Positions 30,484-38,020 of a stretch of DNA of 64,000 nt are shown here, in pieces. A program made the translations under genes and the position numbers. The notes under the pieces were generated by a model. The model saw nothing but the letters and a program-made list of their open reading frames with translations. It did not search any database and had not been told where the DNA came from. Each line of letters starts with the position of its first letter. Position 1 is the first letter of the stretch. Origin of the DNA: an uncultured virus (IMG/VR IMGVR_UViG_3300042453_001749) (taxonomy: Duplodnaviria > Heunggongvirae > Uroviricota > Caudoviricetes); IMG/VR virus record IMGVR_UViG_3300042453_001749; one strand, written 5' to 3'.

Positions 30484-30545
30484 CTCAGCGGTAGAGCATT
30501 CGACTGTTAATCGACTGGTCCCTGGTTCGATCCCAGGTTGTGGAG
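30474..30545 (+). tRNA. trnN: tRNA-Asn(GTT)
   Basis: TCCACAA/TTGTGGA acceptor stem, CT-GTT-AA. Confidence 0.92.
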
Positions 30546-30676
30546 TTGGAAGGACTGGAAATGTCTGGGACTTCCTCTAAATCCTAAGTTTACTTAGGTC
30601 GGGGACTTGATCACCCCCGTTCGTTGCCTAGTTCTGGGGTCCTCCGTTGGTTGAGGGTTACCCTTCCTAGGCATTT

Positions 30677-30748
30677 GGGCGATTAACTCAGCGGTAGAGT
30701 GCCTCGTTTACACCGAGTATGTCGGCGGTTCGATCCCGTCATCGCCCA
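30677..30748 (+). tRNA. trnV: tRNA-Val(TAC)
   Basis: GGGCGAT/ATCGCCC, TT-TAC-AC. Confidence 0.92.
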
Positions 30749-30776
30749 CTTGCATAAATACTCAAAAAAGAGTATA

Positions 30777-31211
30777 ATGGAAAAATTATTCAAACTCTTA
30801 AGTGATGCTCAGTCATCACTTTTTGTGTTGTTTCATAAAACTTGGGCGTTTCATTGGAATGTAGTTGGTGAAGATTTTACCCAACTACATCAACTTTTTG
30901 GTGGACAATATGAAACTATGTTTGAAGAGATTGATAGACTCTCTGAACACATGAGATACTTAAATGTTAAACCTCTGAGTTCTCTTTCAAGAATGCTTGA
31001 GGTTACGCAAATTAAAGAAGCGGCAAGTTCAACTGGTGCAAAAGAAATGCTCCAAGAACTTCTTGAAAATAATACTAAATTTTGTGAGTTAATGTCTGAG
31101 ATTTCAGAAGAAGCAGAAGAGCAAAAATCGTATGCAACTGCGAATTTAGTTCAAGATTTAATGGAGTCTCATGGTAAATTTGTATGGATGTTAAGATCAC
31201 ATTTACAGTGA
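30777..31211 (+). CDS. dps: Dps / DNA-binding ferritin-like protein
   Basis: FHWNVVG.DF..LH.LF...IDRLSEH...H.K..WML; start 30777 (30699 is inside the tRNA). Confidence 0.9.
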   Translation: MEKLFKLLSDAQSSLFVLFHKTWAFHWNVVGEDFTQLHQLFGGQYETMFEEIDRLSEHMRYLNVKPLSSLSRMLEVTQIKEAASSTGAKEMLQELLENNTKFCELMSEISEEAEEQKSYATANLVQDLMESHGKFVWMLRSHLQ

Positions 31212-31226
31212 TAAGGATGAAGAACA

Positions 31227-31478
31227 ATGATTTCAGTAAGATGCAAGGATTGCAATAGAGAATTAACTGGAAATTCCACAAAGACGGTAACTTGTGGATG
31301 TTCTAATATGACTACTATTCGTGGCGGAATTATTTCTGCTGTTGACTTATCTCGTGTAGTCATGTTAAACTCAATAAATACGAATACAAAAACAGGTATT
31401 CTTTCTAACGAAGATCTTGCCTTTCAAGAAGCGAGACGTAAGCGTAAAGTCAGAAAACTTGATTTTGAAATTCGTTAA
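31227..31478 (+). CDS. Zinc-ribbon hypothetical protein
   Basis: CKDC...CGC. Confidence 0.65.
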   Translation: MISVRCKDCNRELTGNSTKTVTCGCSNMTTIRGGIISAVDLSRVVMLNSINTNTKTGILSNEDLAFQEARRKRKVRKLDFEIR

Positions 31479-31483
31479 AACCT

Positions 31484-31568
31484 GGAAGCGTGGCCGAGTG
31501 GTTTAAGGCACCTGTCTTGAAAACAGGCAATGTGAAAGCATTCGTGGGTTCAAATCCTACCGCTTCCG
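31484..31568 (+). tRNA. trnS: tRNA-Ser(TGA)
   Basis: Long variable arm, CT-TGA-AA. Confidence 0.93.
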
Positions 31569-31680
31569 TTACAAATATTACAGAATTTAAGATTGTCTTA
31601 AACACTTTCTTGAAACCAACACAAACTTGACAGTCTAAGAACACTCACTAGCATAACTAGTAGTATTCAACCTCAACCCC

Positions 31681-31830
31681 ATGGATCAGCACACCTACGA
31701 TAATTGGGTGAAGATCAAGGAGACTTTTGAAGCCTCTGGGAACACAAATAATATGTTCTACAAGAGAGCAGTTGAAATAGTCAAAACCCACAAAGATCCT
31801 CTTGCAAAGTTTCTTGGAGATGAGAAATGA
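31681..31830 (+). CDS. Small hypothetical protein (49 aa)
   Basis: MDQHTYDNWVKIKETFEASGNTNNMFYKRA... Confidence 0.65.
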   Translation: MDQHTYDNWVKIKETFEASGNTNNMFYKRAVEIVKTHKDPLAKFLGDEK

Positions 31831-32033
31831 TGGAACCATTTGATGATGATTATGCAACACATTCTGAAGTTCAGGAGATGATTGATGCCGCAATACGACG
31901 ACACAACCGTAATGCTTCTATCATTAGTATGTGCGTTGGTTGGGTGGTTCTTGCTTTATTTGCTGAGGGACTTTTGAGGTTGATTGGAGTTATTCCACCA
32001 CTTCTACCATGGCTCAACATTACCCTGAAATAA
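31827..32033 (+). CDS. Small membrane protein
   Basis: MIDAAIRRHNRNASIIS plus TM helix. Confidence 0.65.
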   Translation: MMEPFDDDYATHSEVQEMIDAAIRRHNRNASIISMCVGWVVLALFAEGLLRLIGVIPPLLPWLNITLK

Positions 32034-32188
32034 TAGGCATCGTCCTACTATTGGTATTTGCCGCCACAATGTTCTATCAAGGAACTTGTATCATAAGAAA
32101 TCAGCGTGGTTATTCTTTACGTGACTATATGAAACAAGATAGCACAACAATGCGTAAAAGAATAGAGGAACTACTTAGAGACAAATGA
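32009..32188 (+). CDS. Small membrane protein (59 aa)
   Basis: EIIGIVLLLVFAATMFYQG...MRKRIEELL. Confidence 0.55.
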   Translation: MAQHYPEIIGIVLLLVFAATMFYQGTCIIRNQRGYSLRDYMKQDSTTMRKRIEELLRDK

Positions 32189-32298
32189 TAACGATTACAG
32201 AAGAAGACTTACAAGAATTACGAGAAATAGTTTTAAGACAAAAAATGGATGAGTTATTTGAAGAACCATCTACCTATGAGGACGAAGAAAATGACTAA
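32185..32298 (+). CDS. Small acidic protein (37 aa)
   Basis: ATGA coupling; ...QKMDELFEEPSTYEDE. Confidence 0.5.
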   Translation: MITITEEDLQELREIVLRQKMDELFEEPSTYEDEEND

Positions 32299-32383
32299 AA
32301 CATTCATATCGTCAATTTTACTTTTCGGTGCGATTGGAACCTTTATTTACTGGGGTCTTACACACGCATATCCACAACATTAG
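32291..32383 (+). CDS. ndhQ: NdhQ-like NDH-1L small subunit (30 aa, N-terminally shortened)
   Basis: MTKTFISSILLFGAIGTFIYWGLTHAYPQH matches the recalled NdhQ TM/C-terminus IAISAVLILGFIAGLIWWALHTAYA. Confidence 0.6.
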   Translation: MTKTFISSILLFGAIGTFIYWGLTHAYPQH

Positions 32384-32391
32384 GAGACATT

Positions 32392-32559
32392 ATGGAAAGA
32401 TTCAAAGATTTTTCAGAGTATGAATTGCGTCTCCTTGCAGATGCAGTATGGGTAAGACAAAGACATCATATTGCTGGAGACCGAAAGTTTAAAGAGTATG
32501 GAGCACTTCTTGGTGAGATTCAGAAATTGGTCGATTACAAACCAGGAGTATTCCTATGA
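32392..32559 (+). CDS. Small hypothetical protein (55 aa)
   Basis: SD AGGAG; ATGA overlap with PTOX. Confidence 0.6.
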   Translation: MERFKDFSEYELRLLADAVWVRQRHHIAGDRKFKEYGALLGEIQKLVDYKPGVFL

Positions 32560-33056
32560 GAAAGTTTAATGATGTAGTTCTATCAATCACGGTAGCCATC
32601 ATTGACTTTCTTTACCGTGATCTACCAATCCAAAGATTCTGGGTTCTGGAAACAATCGCCAGAGCACCTTACTTCGCGTTTCTCAGTGTTCTTCATCTCA
32701 GAGAATCACTAGGTCTCCGAACAGAAGAACACTACTACCTGATGAAAGAACACTTTGCTCAAACAATCAATGAAACCGAACACCTCAGAGAAATGGAGTC
32801 GCGTGGCGGAGCAGACCGCTGGGTTGATCGTTTTTTCGCTTATCATTTGGTTCTCATCTATTATTGGATTATGGTGGGTTATTATTTTCTTGCTCCTGTT
32901 TTCGCTTATCATCTGAACTCAGGTATTGAGTTTCATGCAACAGAAACATACCTAGATTACTTCTGGGATCATCAGGATGATGCGAAGATTGTAGAGATCG
33001 CAGTGGATGAAATGAATCATTATATTGAACTAGAACGAGCAATGGAGATGATCTGA
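32556..33056 (+). CDS. ptoX: Plastoquinol terminal oxidase (PTOX)
   Basis: RFWVLETIARAPYFAF, NETEHL, EFHATETY, DEMNH di-iron motifs. Confidence 0.92.
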   Translation: MRKFNDVVLSITVAIIDFLYRDLPIQRFWVLETIARAPYFAFLSVLHLRESLGLRTEEHYYLMKEHFAQTINETEHLREMESRGGADRWVDRFFAYHLVLIYYWIMVGYYFLAPVFAYHLNSGIEFHATETYLDYFWDHQDDAKIVEIAVDEMNHYIELERAMEMI

Positions 33057-33178
33057 TGTTATTAGCAAAAGCACTTTTATTTGTTTCAGTTCCTTTCATA
33101 TTAACAACTCTTTATTTCGGAACAAAAGGGGGGTATTATGATACCGAAAAGTATAAAGGAAACGGAACCGCACATTAG
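33056..33178 (+). CDS. ndhP: NdhP-like NDH-1L small subunit (40 aa)
   Basis: TM helix plus FGTKGGYYDTEKYKGNGTAH, matching the recalled NdhP signature FFGT.NGFYD.D.Y.GNG(S/T)AH; TGATG coupling to PTOX. Confidence 0.85.
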   Translation: MLLAKALLFVSVPFILTTLYFGTKGGYYDTEKYKGNGTAH

Positions 33179-33359
33179 ACAGCGGTATCATTTTGCCGCA
33201 TCAGCATTTGTAAGAATGTGGGGACATAGTTCTTTACATGATCGTCGTATCGTAGAATTCTGTGAAGTATGGGCATATAGAACTGAAAATGCTCCGTTAG
33301 ACAGCATGACTTTAGACCAATATTTTTATTACGAATTTAAAACTTGGAGAGGATACTAG
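33138..33359 (+). CDS. Hypothetical protein
   Basis: 73 aa ORF. Confidence 0.55.
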   Translation: MIPKSIKETEPHIRQRYHFAASAFVRMWGHSSLHDRRIVEFCEVWAYRTENAPLDSMTLDQYFYYEFKTWRGY

Positions 33360-33449
33360 TGACTAATTTGCTCATTTCTAGTTTAGAGAATTAGTAATGC
33401 ATATCCAAACTAAATACGTTAAATAATTGTTAAATTAAAAGATTAACCA

Positions 33450-33707
33450 ATGACTTTATTATCAGAAGTACCTATTTTTAATCTTGCTCTTGCTGCAGAG
33501 AAAAAGCACGGAGAGCATACTCATATGGTTATTGAAGCAATTCCCAAAGATGAAAATGCAAATACTGATATTAATAATGTTTCAGTAAATGATGTAGTTT
33601 GGTGGGTGGAGTTTGAAGATCAGGTGAAAACATTTAATACATTTGATGAAGTAAGTCGTTTCTTTATGGAAGAAGCGGTTGCAAGTTCACCCGCCACTGT
33701 GGTATAA
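33450..33707 (+). CDS. Hypothetical protein
   Basis: 85 aa ORF. Confidence 0.5.
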   Translation: MTLLSEVPIFNLALAAEKKHGEHTHMVIEAIPKDENANTDINNVSVNDVVWWVEFEDQVKTFNTFDEVSRFFMEEAVASSPATVV

Positions 33708-33725
33708 TAATCAAGTCAACAAAAA

Positions 33726-33799
33726 CGGGGTGTAGCGCAGTTTGGTAGCGCATCCGCTTTGGGAGCGGGCGGTCGTAGGTTCAAATCCTATCACCCCGA
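33726..33799 (+). tRNA. trnP: tRNA-Pro(TGG)
   Basis: CGGGGTG/CACCCCG, TT-TGG-GA. Confidence 0.93.
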
Positions 33800-33819
33800 C
33801 TTACATTTTATTTTTTTAA

Positions 33820-33999
33820 ATGGAAAAATTTACTGTAGAAGAATTTCAATCTAATTTCGATAACCTCATGGACAGAGTAGAAAACGGAGAATCTTTTTTG
33901 ATTACTAGTGAATATGGTGATGCAGTAATAGTTCCACATAACGAAGAAGTTGAAGAAGTCATACGAATACACACCGAACTAAACAATGATGCCCCATAA
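33820..33999 (+). CDS. Phd/YefM antitoxin-like small protein (59 aa, not in ORF track)
   Basis: MEKFTVEEFQSNFDNLMDRVENGESFLITSEYGDAVIVP pattern. Confidence 0.6.
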   Translation: MEKFTVEEFQSNFDNLMDRVENGESFLITSEYGDAVIVPHNEEVEEVIRIHTELNNDAP

Positions 34000-34005
34000 T
34001 TTTTT

Positions 34006-34077
34006 GGGACTGTCGCCTATGGGTTAAGGCCCACTGCTTATAACGGTGTGAACGGAGTTCAATTCTCCGCAGTCCTA
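34006..34077 (+). tRNA. trnI: tRNA-Ile(TAT)
   Basis: GGGACTG/CAGTCCT; anticodon arm CACTG-CT-TAT-AA-CGGTG. Confidence 0.82.
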
Positions 34078-34151
34078 TTGGAGGTTCCGTGCCTGTGAAG
34101 AGAAATCTGAGGCTGGGTAAATCCTCCATTCGCTATTTGCGAATAGCGAAT

Positions 34152-34224
34152 GCTCCTTTAGCAATCTGGTGAATGCAGCGAACTCATAATTCGCCTAAGG
34201 CGTGTTCGATCCACGCAAGGAGCA
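34152..34224 (+). tRNA. tRNA with CAT anticodon (elongator Met or Ile2)
   Basis: GCTCCTT/AAGGAGC; GCGAA-CT-CAT-AA-TTCGC. Confidence 0.85.
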
Positions 34225-34249
34225 CTGGACAGATCCGAAACTGTCCTAC

Positions 34250-34278
34250 TTGACTTTCATAAGTCAAACCCTTATAAT
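34250..34278 (+). promoter_or_regulatory. Sigma70-type promoter
   Basis: TTGACT-N17-TATAAT. Confidence 0.75.
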
Positions 34279-34300
34279 AACAAGGTCAACATTCAAAACA

Positions 34301-34516
34301 ATGACTCTTACAGCAAAATTCAAGAAAGATGTTCAAACCCTTAAGGGTGCTGCAAACGGCGAATTTTATCTTGATGTAAAGAATCCGAAACTTTATAAAA
34401 AAGTTCGTCGCTTTTATGAAAATGAAGGTGTAGTATTCTCTGGTGATCCTCTTGATGACTATGAAATGCTCCTCGATTACATTGCTGCAGATCTTGAATC
34501 AGTTGAAGTTGCATGA
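34301..34516 (+). CDS. Conserved cyanophage hypothetical protein
   Basis: LDVKNPKLYKKVRRFYENEGVVFSGDPLDDY. Confidence 0.7.
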   Translation: MTLTAKFKKDVQTLKGAANGEFYLDVKNPKLYKKVRRFYENEGVVFSGDPLDDYEMLLDYIAADLESVEVA

Positions 34517-34761
34517 CTAAAATTCTTCTAGAGCGTGAAGGGTATCGCTTTATTGAAGCGGGTATTCTTGAAATTAACGGTAAACCCGATTATCGCTTGC
34601 AAAAGCAAAATGAATACACTAAACGCTGGAATGACATTTATCTTTTTGATAACGGTCTACAATGCACTACTGCAATGGAAGATATTGAATATGCGAAATG
34701 GTTAGATCCTGATCGTGTTCCTTGTTATGTCGATCCTGATGATCTTCAGGATTGGGATTAG
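34513..34761 (+). CDS. Conserved cyanophage hypothetical protein
   Basis: NGKPDYRLQK...DIYLFDN..QC..AMED. Confidence 0.7.
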   Translation: MTKILLEREGYRFIEAGILEINGKPDYRLQKQNEYTKRWNDIYLFDNGLQCTTAMEDIEYAKWLDPDRVPCYVDPDDLQDWD

Positions 34762-34767
34762 TTAAAT

Positions 34768-35170
34768 AGTCTCGGAATGACTTAAAACTTGCCCTGGTCG
34801 GGAGCAAACCCCTTATGTCTAAAACAAGTGTCTTAAGATATCTTGGAAATATTCTTCTCATAGTTGGTTATCAAATCATGTTATGGGGGGATTTTAAATA
34901 TGGGTTATTGGTAAAGTTTGTTGGTGGCGCACTCACAATACCATTTGCAATCAAATTAAAACTCTATGATGTTCTAATTTTATGTGCTTTCTTTTCTGTT
35001 AATGAGTTTGCAAAATTATCCCAACTTTTCCTAGTTCAGTCAAACTAGGTGGTGGAGTCAAAACGACCCCTTTTGGTTTCTTGCCTTCCCATTAAAAGGC
35101 AAGTGGTGCGGATGGGACTCTCTCCCGCCTGGTTTCCAATTTCCAGTCAAAGAATTGGTGGCGAGCCTGA
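34768..35170 (+). ncRNA. manA-like structured RNA, apparently interrupted by ORF 34815-35048
   Basis: 5' part GTCTCGGAATGAC...CTGGTCGGGA; 3' part three TTTC-stem-loop-GTGG modules; located between tRNAs and sugar genes. Confidence 0.6.
34815..35048 (+). CDS. Small multi-TM membrane protein
   Basis: LRYLGNILLIVGYQIMLWG...LTIPFAIKLKLYDV. Confidence 0.6.
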   Translation: MSKTSVLRYLGNILLIVGYQIMLWGDFKYGLLVKFVGGALTIPFAIKLKLYDVLILCAFFSVNEFAKLSQLFLVQSN

Positions 35171-35177
35171 GTTACCC

Positions 35178-35207
35178 AAGGGAGGTTTACAAAACCTCCC
35201 TTTTTTA
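35178..35207 (+). terminator. Intrinsic terminator
   Basis: AAGGGAGGTTT-ACA-AAACCTCCCTT plus T-run. Confidence 0.75.
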
Positions 35208-35248
35208 GTAGAATATATAATAAGAAGATTATTTACTTGATTGCTTTT

Positions 35249-36325
35249 ATGAGTCAATATACGAAAACAGCACTTGTACTTGGTGCTGGTGGTTTCATTG
35301 GAAGTCACATGGTAAAAAGACTGCGCTCCGAAGGATATTGGGTTCGTGGTGTAGATCTTAAACTTCCTGAGTTTTCAGAAAGTGAAGCACATGAATTTAT
35401 TGTAGGAGACCTAAGAGATCTTACTTTTGTTGAAAGAGTTCTCCAATATAAAGGTCCTTACAGAAATTTCTATAACTTTGTTCCTTCAAGATATATTGAT
35501 ACCTTTGATGAGGTATATCAATTTGCTGCTGATATGGGTGGAGCAGGTTTCGTCTTTACTGGCGAAAACGACGCTGATATTATGCATAACTCGTCACAAA
35601 TTAACCTTAATGTTCTTGAGGCACAGCGTCAATTAAATGACTTTAAGAGCGTAAATAAGACTAAAATTTTCTATTCTGGATCTGCTTGCATGTATCCAGA
35701 ACATAATCAATTGGATCCCGATAATCCAGACTGTCGTGAAGAATCAGCATATCCAGCAAACCCAGATTCCGAATATGGATGGGAAAAACTCTTCAGTGAA
35801 AGACTCTATTTTGCGTACTATCGTAACTATGGGATTCCTGTTAGGGTCGCTCGTTATCACAACATCTTTGGCCCAGAAGGAACATGGGAAGGTGGAAGAG
35901 AAAAGGCACCTGCAGCAATCTGTCGCAAAGTCGCCTACCTCCCAGAAGAAGGAGGAACTATTGATGTGTGGGGTGATGGAAAACAAACTCGGTCGTTCTT
36001 GTATATTGATGAATGCATTGAGGCAACCCGCAGATTAATGGATTCTGATTTTATTGGACCAGTGAATATTGGATCAGAAGAAATGGTTACTATCAATCAA
36101 CTTGTAGAAACTGCAGCAAGAGTTTCTGGAAAAACTGTAGAAAGGAATCATATCGATGGACCTCTTGGAGTTCGCGGACGTAATTCCAACAATGATCTTA
36201 TCCGTGAAAAACTGGGATGGGATTATTCTCAGACTCTTGAGGAAGGAATTCGTAAGACTTATAATTGGATTGAGTCCCAAATCCTAATTAAAGAAACAAC
36301 TGATAATTTATTGCAAACAGTATGA
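35249..36325 (+). CDS. NAD-dependent epimerase, GDP-mannose 3,5-epimerase-like
   Basis: GAGGFIG, AADMGGAGF, SACMYP, YGWEKL, GGREKAPAA.CRK, GVRGRNS. Confidence 0.9.
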   Translation: MSQYTKTALVLGAGGFIGSHMVKRLRSEGYWVRGVDLKLPEFSESEAHEFIVGDLRDLTFVERVLQYKGPYRNFYNFVPSRYIDTFDEVYQFAADMGGAGFVFTGENDADIMHNSSQINLNVLEAQRQLNDFKSVNKTKIFYSGSACMYPEHNQLDPDNPDCREESAYPANPDSEYGWEKLFSERLYFAYYRNYGIPVRVARYHNIFGPEGTWEGGREKAPAAICRKVAYLPEEGGTIDVWGDGKQTRSFLYIDECIEATRRLMDSDFIGPVNIGSEEMVTINQLVETAARVSGKTVERNHIDGPLGVRGRNSNNDLIREKLGWDYSQTLEEGIRKTYNWIESQILIKETTDNLLQTV

Positions 36326-37179
36326 AAATTACTATTCTTGGTTCCAGTGGGCAGATTGGTGCCTACCTTACAGATTACTTGCGCGAAAAAGGTCATTATG
36401 TTTATGAGTTTGATGTCGTAAATAATCCTCATGAGGATATGACCTTGATTCCCAATCTTCTTCTTGAAGAAAGAATTGCAGATTCAGACTTTGTGTTCTT
36501 CCTTGCATTTGATGTTGGTGGATCTCGTTATCTTAAAAAGTATCAACACACTTTCCAATTCATTGATAACAATGGTCGTTTGATGGTCAATGCATTTGGA
36601 CTTCTTAAAAAGTATAATAAGAGGTTCATCTTTGCATCATCTCAGATGAGTAATATGAGTTACTCTCCATATGGAGTTCTCAAGAATGTTGGTGAACTTT
36701 ATACTAAGTCATTGAATGGACTTATCGTTAAGTTCTGGAATGTTTATGGTATTGAAAAAGATCATGAGAAGGCTCATGTAATCACTGACTTTATTCGTAA
36801 GGGATTTGAAACTGGTGTTATTGATATGATGACTGATGGACAAGAAGAAAGAGAATTTCTTTATGCTGAGGATTGCTGTGAAGCACTTGAATCAATCATG
36901 GAAAATTATAATGACTTTACCTCAGAGGATAATCTTCACATTACAAGTTTTCATTCTACAAAAATTATTGATATCGCAAGTATAATTTGTGGTCAATTTA
37001 ATTTGATTGGAAGGCATGATGTTAAGGTTCAACCTTCTGCTGAAAAGGATAGTGTTCAGATGGACAAGAGAAATAAACCAGATACTTACCTGATGAAATG
37101 GTGGCAACCTAAGACTACAATTGAGCAAGGAATTGCACAGATTTTTAAGAGTATGAGGGAAGACTATGCTGGCGTTTAA
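36322..37179 (+). CDS. NAD-dependent epimerase/dehydratase
   Basis: GSSGQIG, YGVLK, NVYG. Confidence 0.85.
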   Translation: MKITILGSSGQIGAYLTDYLREKGHYVYEFDVVNNPHEDMTLIPNLLLEERIADSDFVFFLAFDVGGSRYLKKYQHTFQFIDNNGRLMVNAFGLLKKYNKRFIFASSQMSNMSYSPYGVLKNVGELYTKSLNGLIVKFWNVYGIEKDHEKAHVITDFIRKGFETGVIDMMTDGQEEREFLYAEDCCEALESIMENYNDFTSEDNLHITSFHSTKIIDIASIICGQFNLIGRHDVKVQPSAEKDSVQMDKRNKPDTYLMKWWQPKTTIEQGIAQIFKSMREDYAGV

Positions 37180-38020
37180 TCAAATTGGAAACCTTGGAAG
37201 ACTTGGAAACCAAATGTTTGAATATGCAGCATTAAGAGGTATTGCTGCTAAACATGAATATGATTGGTGTATTCCTCCAACACATCTGACTGGTATTGAA
37301 AACTACAGTCTTCATAAGTGTTTCAAGATGGAGGACGTGCAAGAAGAAAATCTTCAAATTTTAGAAGTCCAATATCTATCTGAAAGATTTTTTCACTTTG
37401 ATGAAGAGTTGTTTGAGAAATGTCCAGACAATGTAAGTCTTCATGGATTTTTTCAATCTGAGAAATATTTCTCACATGTTGAAAATGTTATAAGAAAAGA
37501 ATACACGTTTCATGATGAGCACATAGAACCATGTAAAGAGTTTATGTCTGAGTTTGAAGGGCAAGAACCAATCATGCTTCATGTTCGTAGGGGAGATCCA
37601 AATTTAATGGATCCTCGTGGTTTTAAGTGGTCTTATACTCAGTGTGGTGATCAGCATCCTGTTCAACCACTTGATTATTATGAACGTGCTTTAGAGGTAT
37701 TTGATGATAATCAACCAGTGATTGTGTTTTCTGATTCTCCCGAATGGGTCGAAGAGCAAGAATTTTTCTCTGGAGATAGATTTTTTCAATCAGTCCCTCA
37801 ACAAAAATATGCGGATGGTTCCTATACACCATATGCAGATTTGTGTTTGATGTCCCTGTGTTCTCATGCTATTATTGCTAACAGTTCTATGAGCTGGTGG
37901 GGTGCTTGGTTGCAATCAAATCCAAATAAAAAAGTAATCACCCCAAAGAATTGGTTTGGACCAGCATATGCTGATAAGGATACTAAAGATTTGTATTGCA
38001 GTGAATGGGAGATTTTATGA
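37166..38020 (+). CDS. GT11 alpha-1,2-fucosyltransferase-like
   Basis: GRLGNQMF, GFFQSEKYF, HVRRGD, IIANSSMSWWGAWL. Confidence 0.9.
   Translation: MLAFNQIGNLGRLGNQMFEYAALRGIAAKHEYDWCIPPTHLTGIENYSLHKCFKMEDVQEENLQILEVQYLSERFFHFDEELFEKCPDNVSLHGFFQSEKYFSHVENVIRKEYTFHDEHIEPCKEFMSEFEGQEPIMLHVRRGDPNLMDPRGFKWSYTQCGDQHPVQPLDYYERALEVFDDNQPVIVFSDSPEWVEEQEFFSGDRFFQSVPQQKYADGSYTPYADLCLMSLCSHAIIANSSMSWWGAWLQSNPNKKVITPKNWFGPAYADKDTKDLYCSEWEIL

Noticed and set aside
30546..30620. Theta/HDV-like ribozyme at tRNA 3' ends
   Set aside because: Could not build the nested double pseudoknot; only simple hairpins seen
31568..31592. NtcA or HLR1 site (GTTACAAATATTACAG)
   Set aside because: GTT-N8-TAC deviates from GTA-N8-TAC, and the TTACA repeat spacing is 9 rather than 10
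29737..31644. Minus-strand ORFs 29737-29961 and 31450-31644
   Set aside because: Translations of tRNA antisense strands (GFEP pattern)
35027..35165. Possible mini-CRISPR or tandem repeat array; ORF 35049-35240
   Set aside because: Units conserve structure rather than sequence, there are no cas genes, and a manA-like RNA explains the region better
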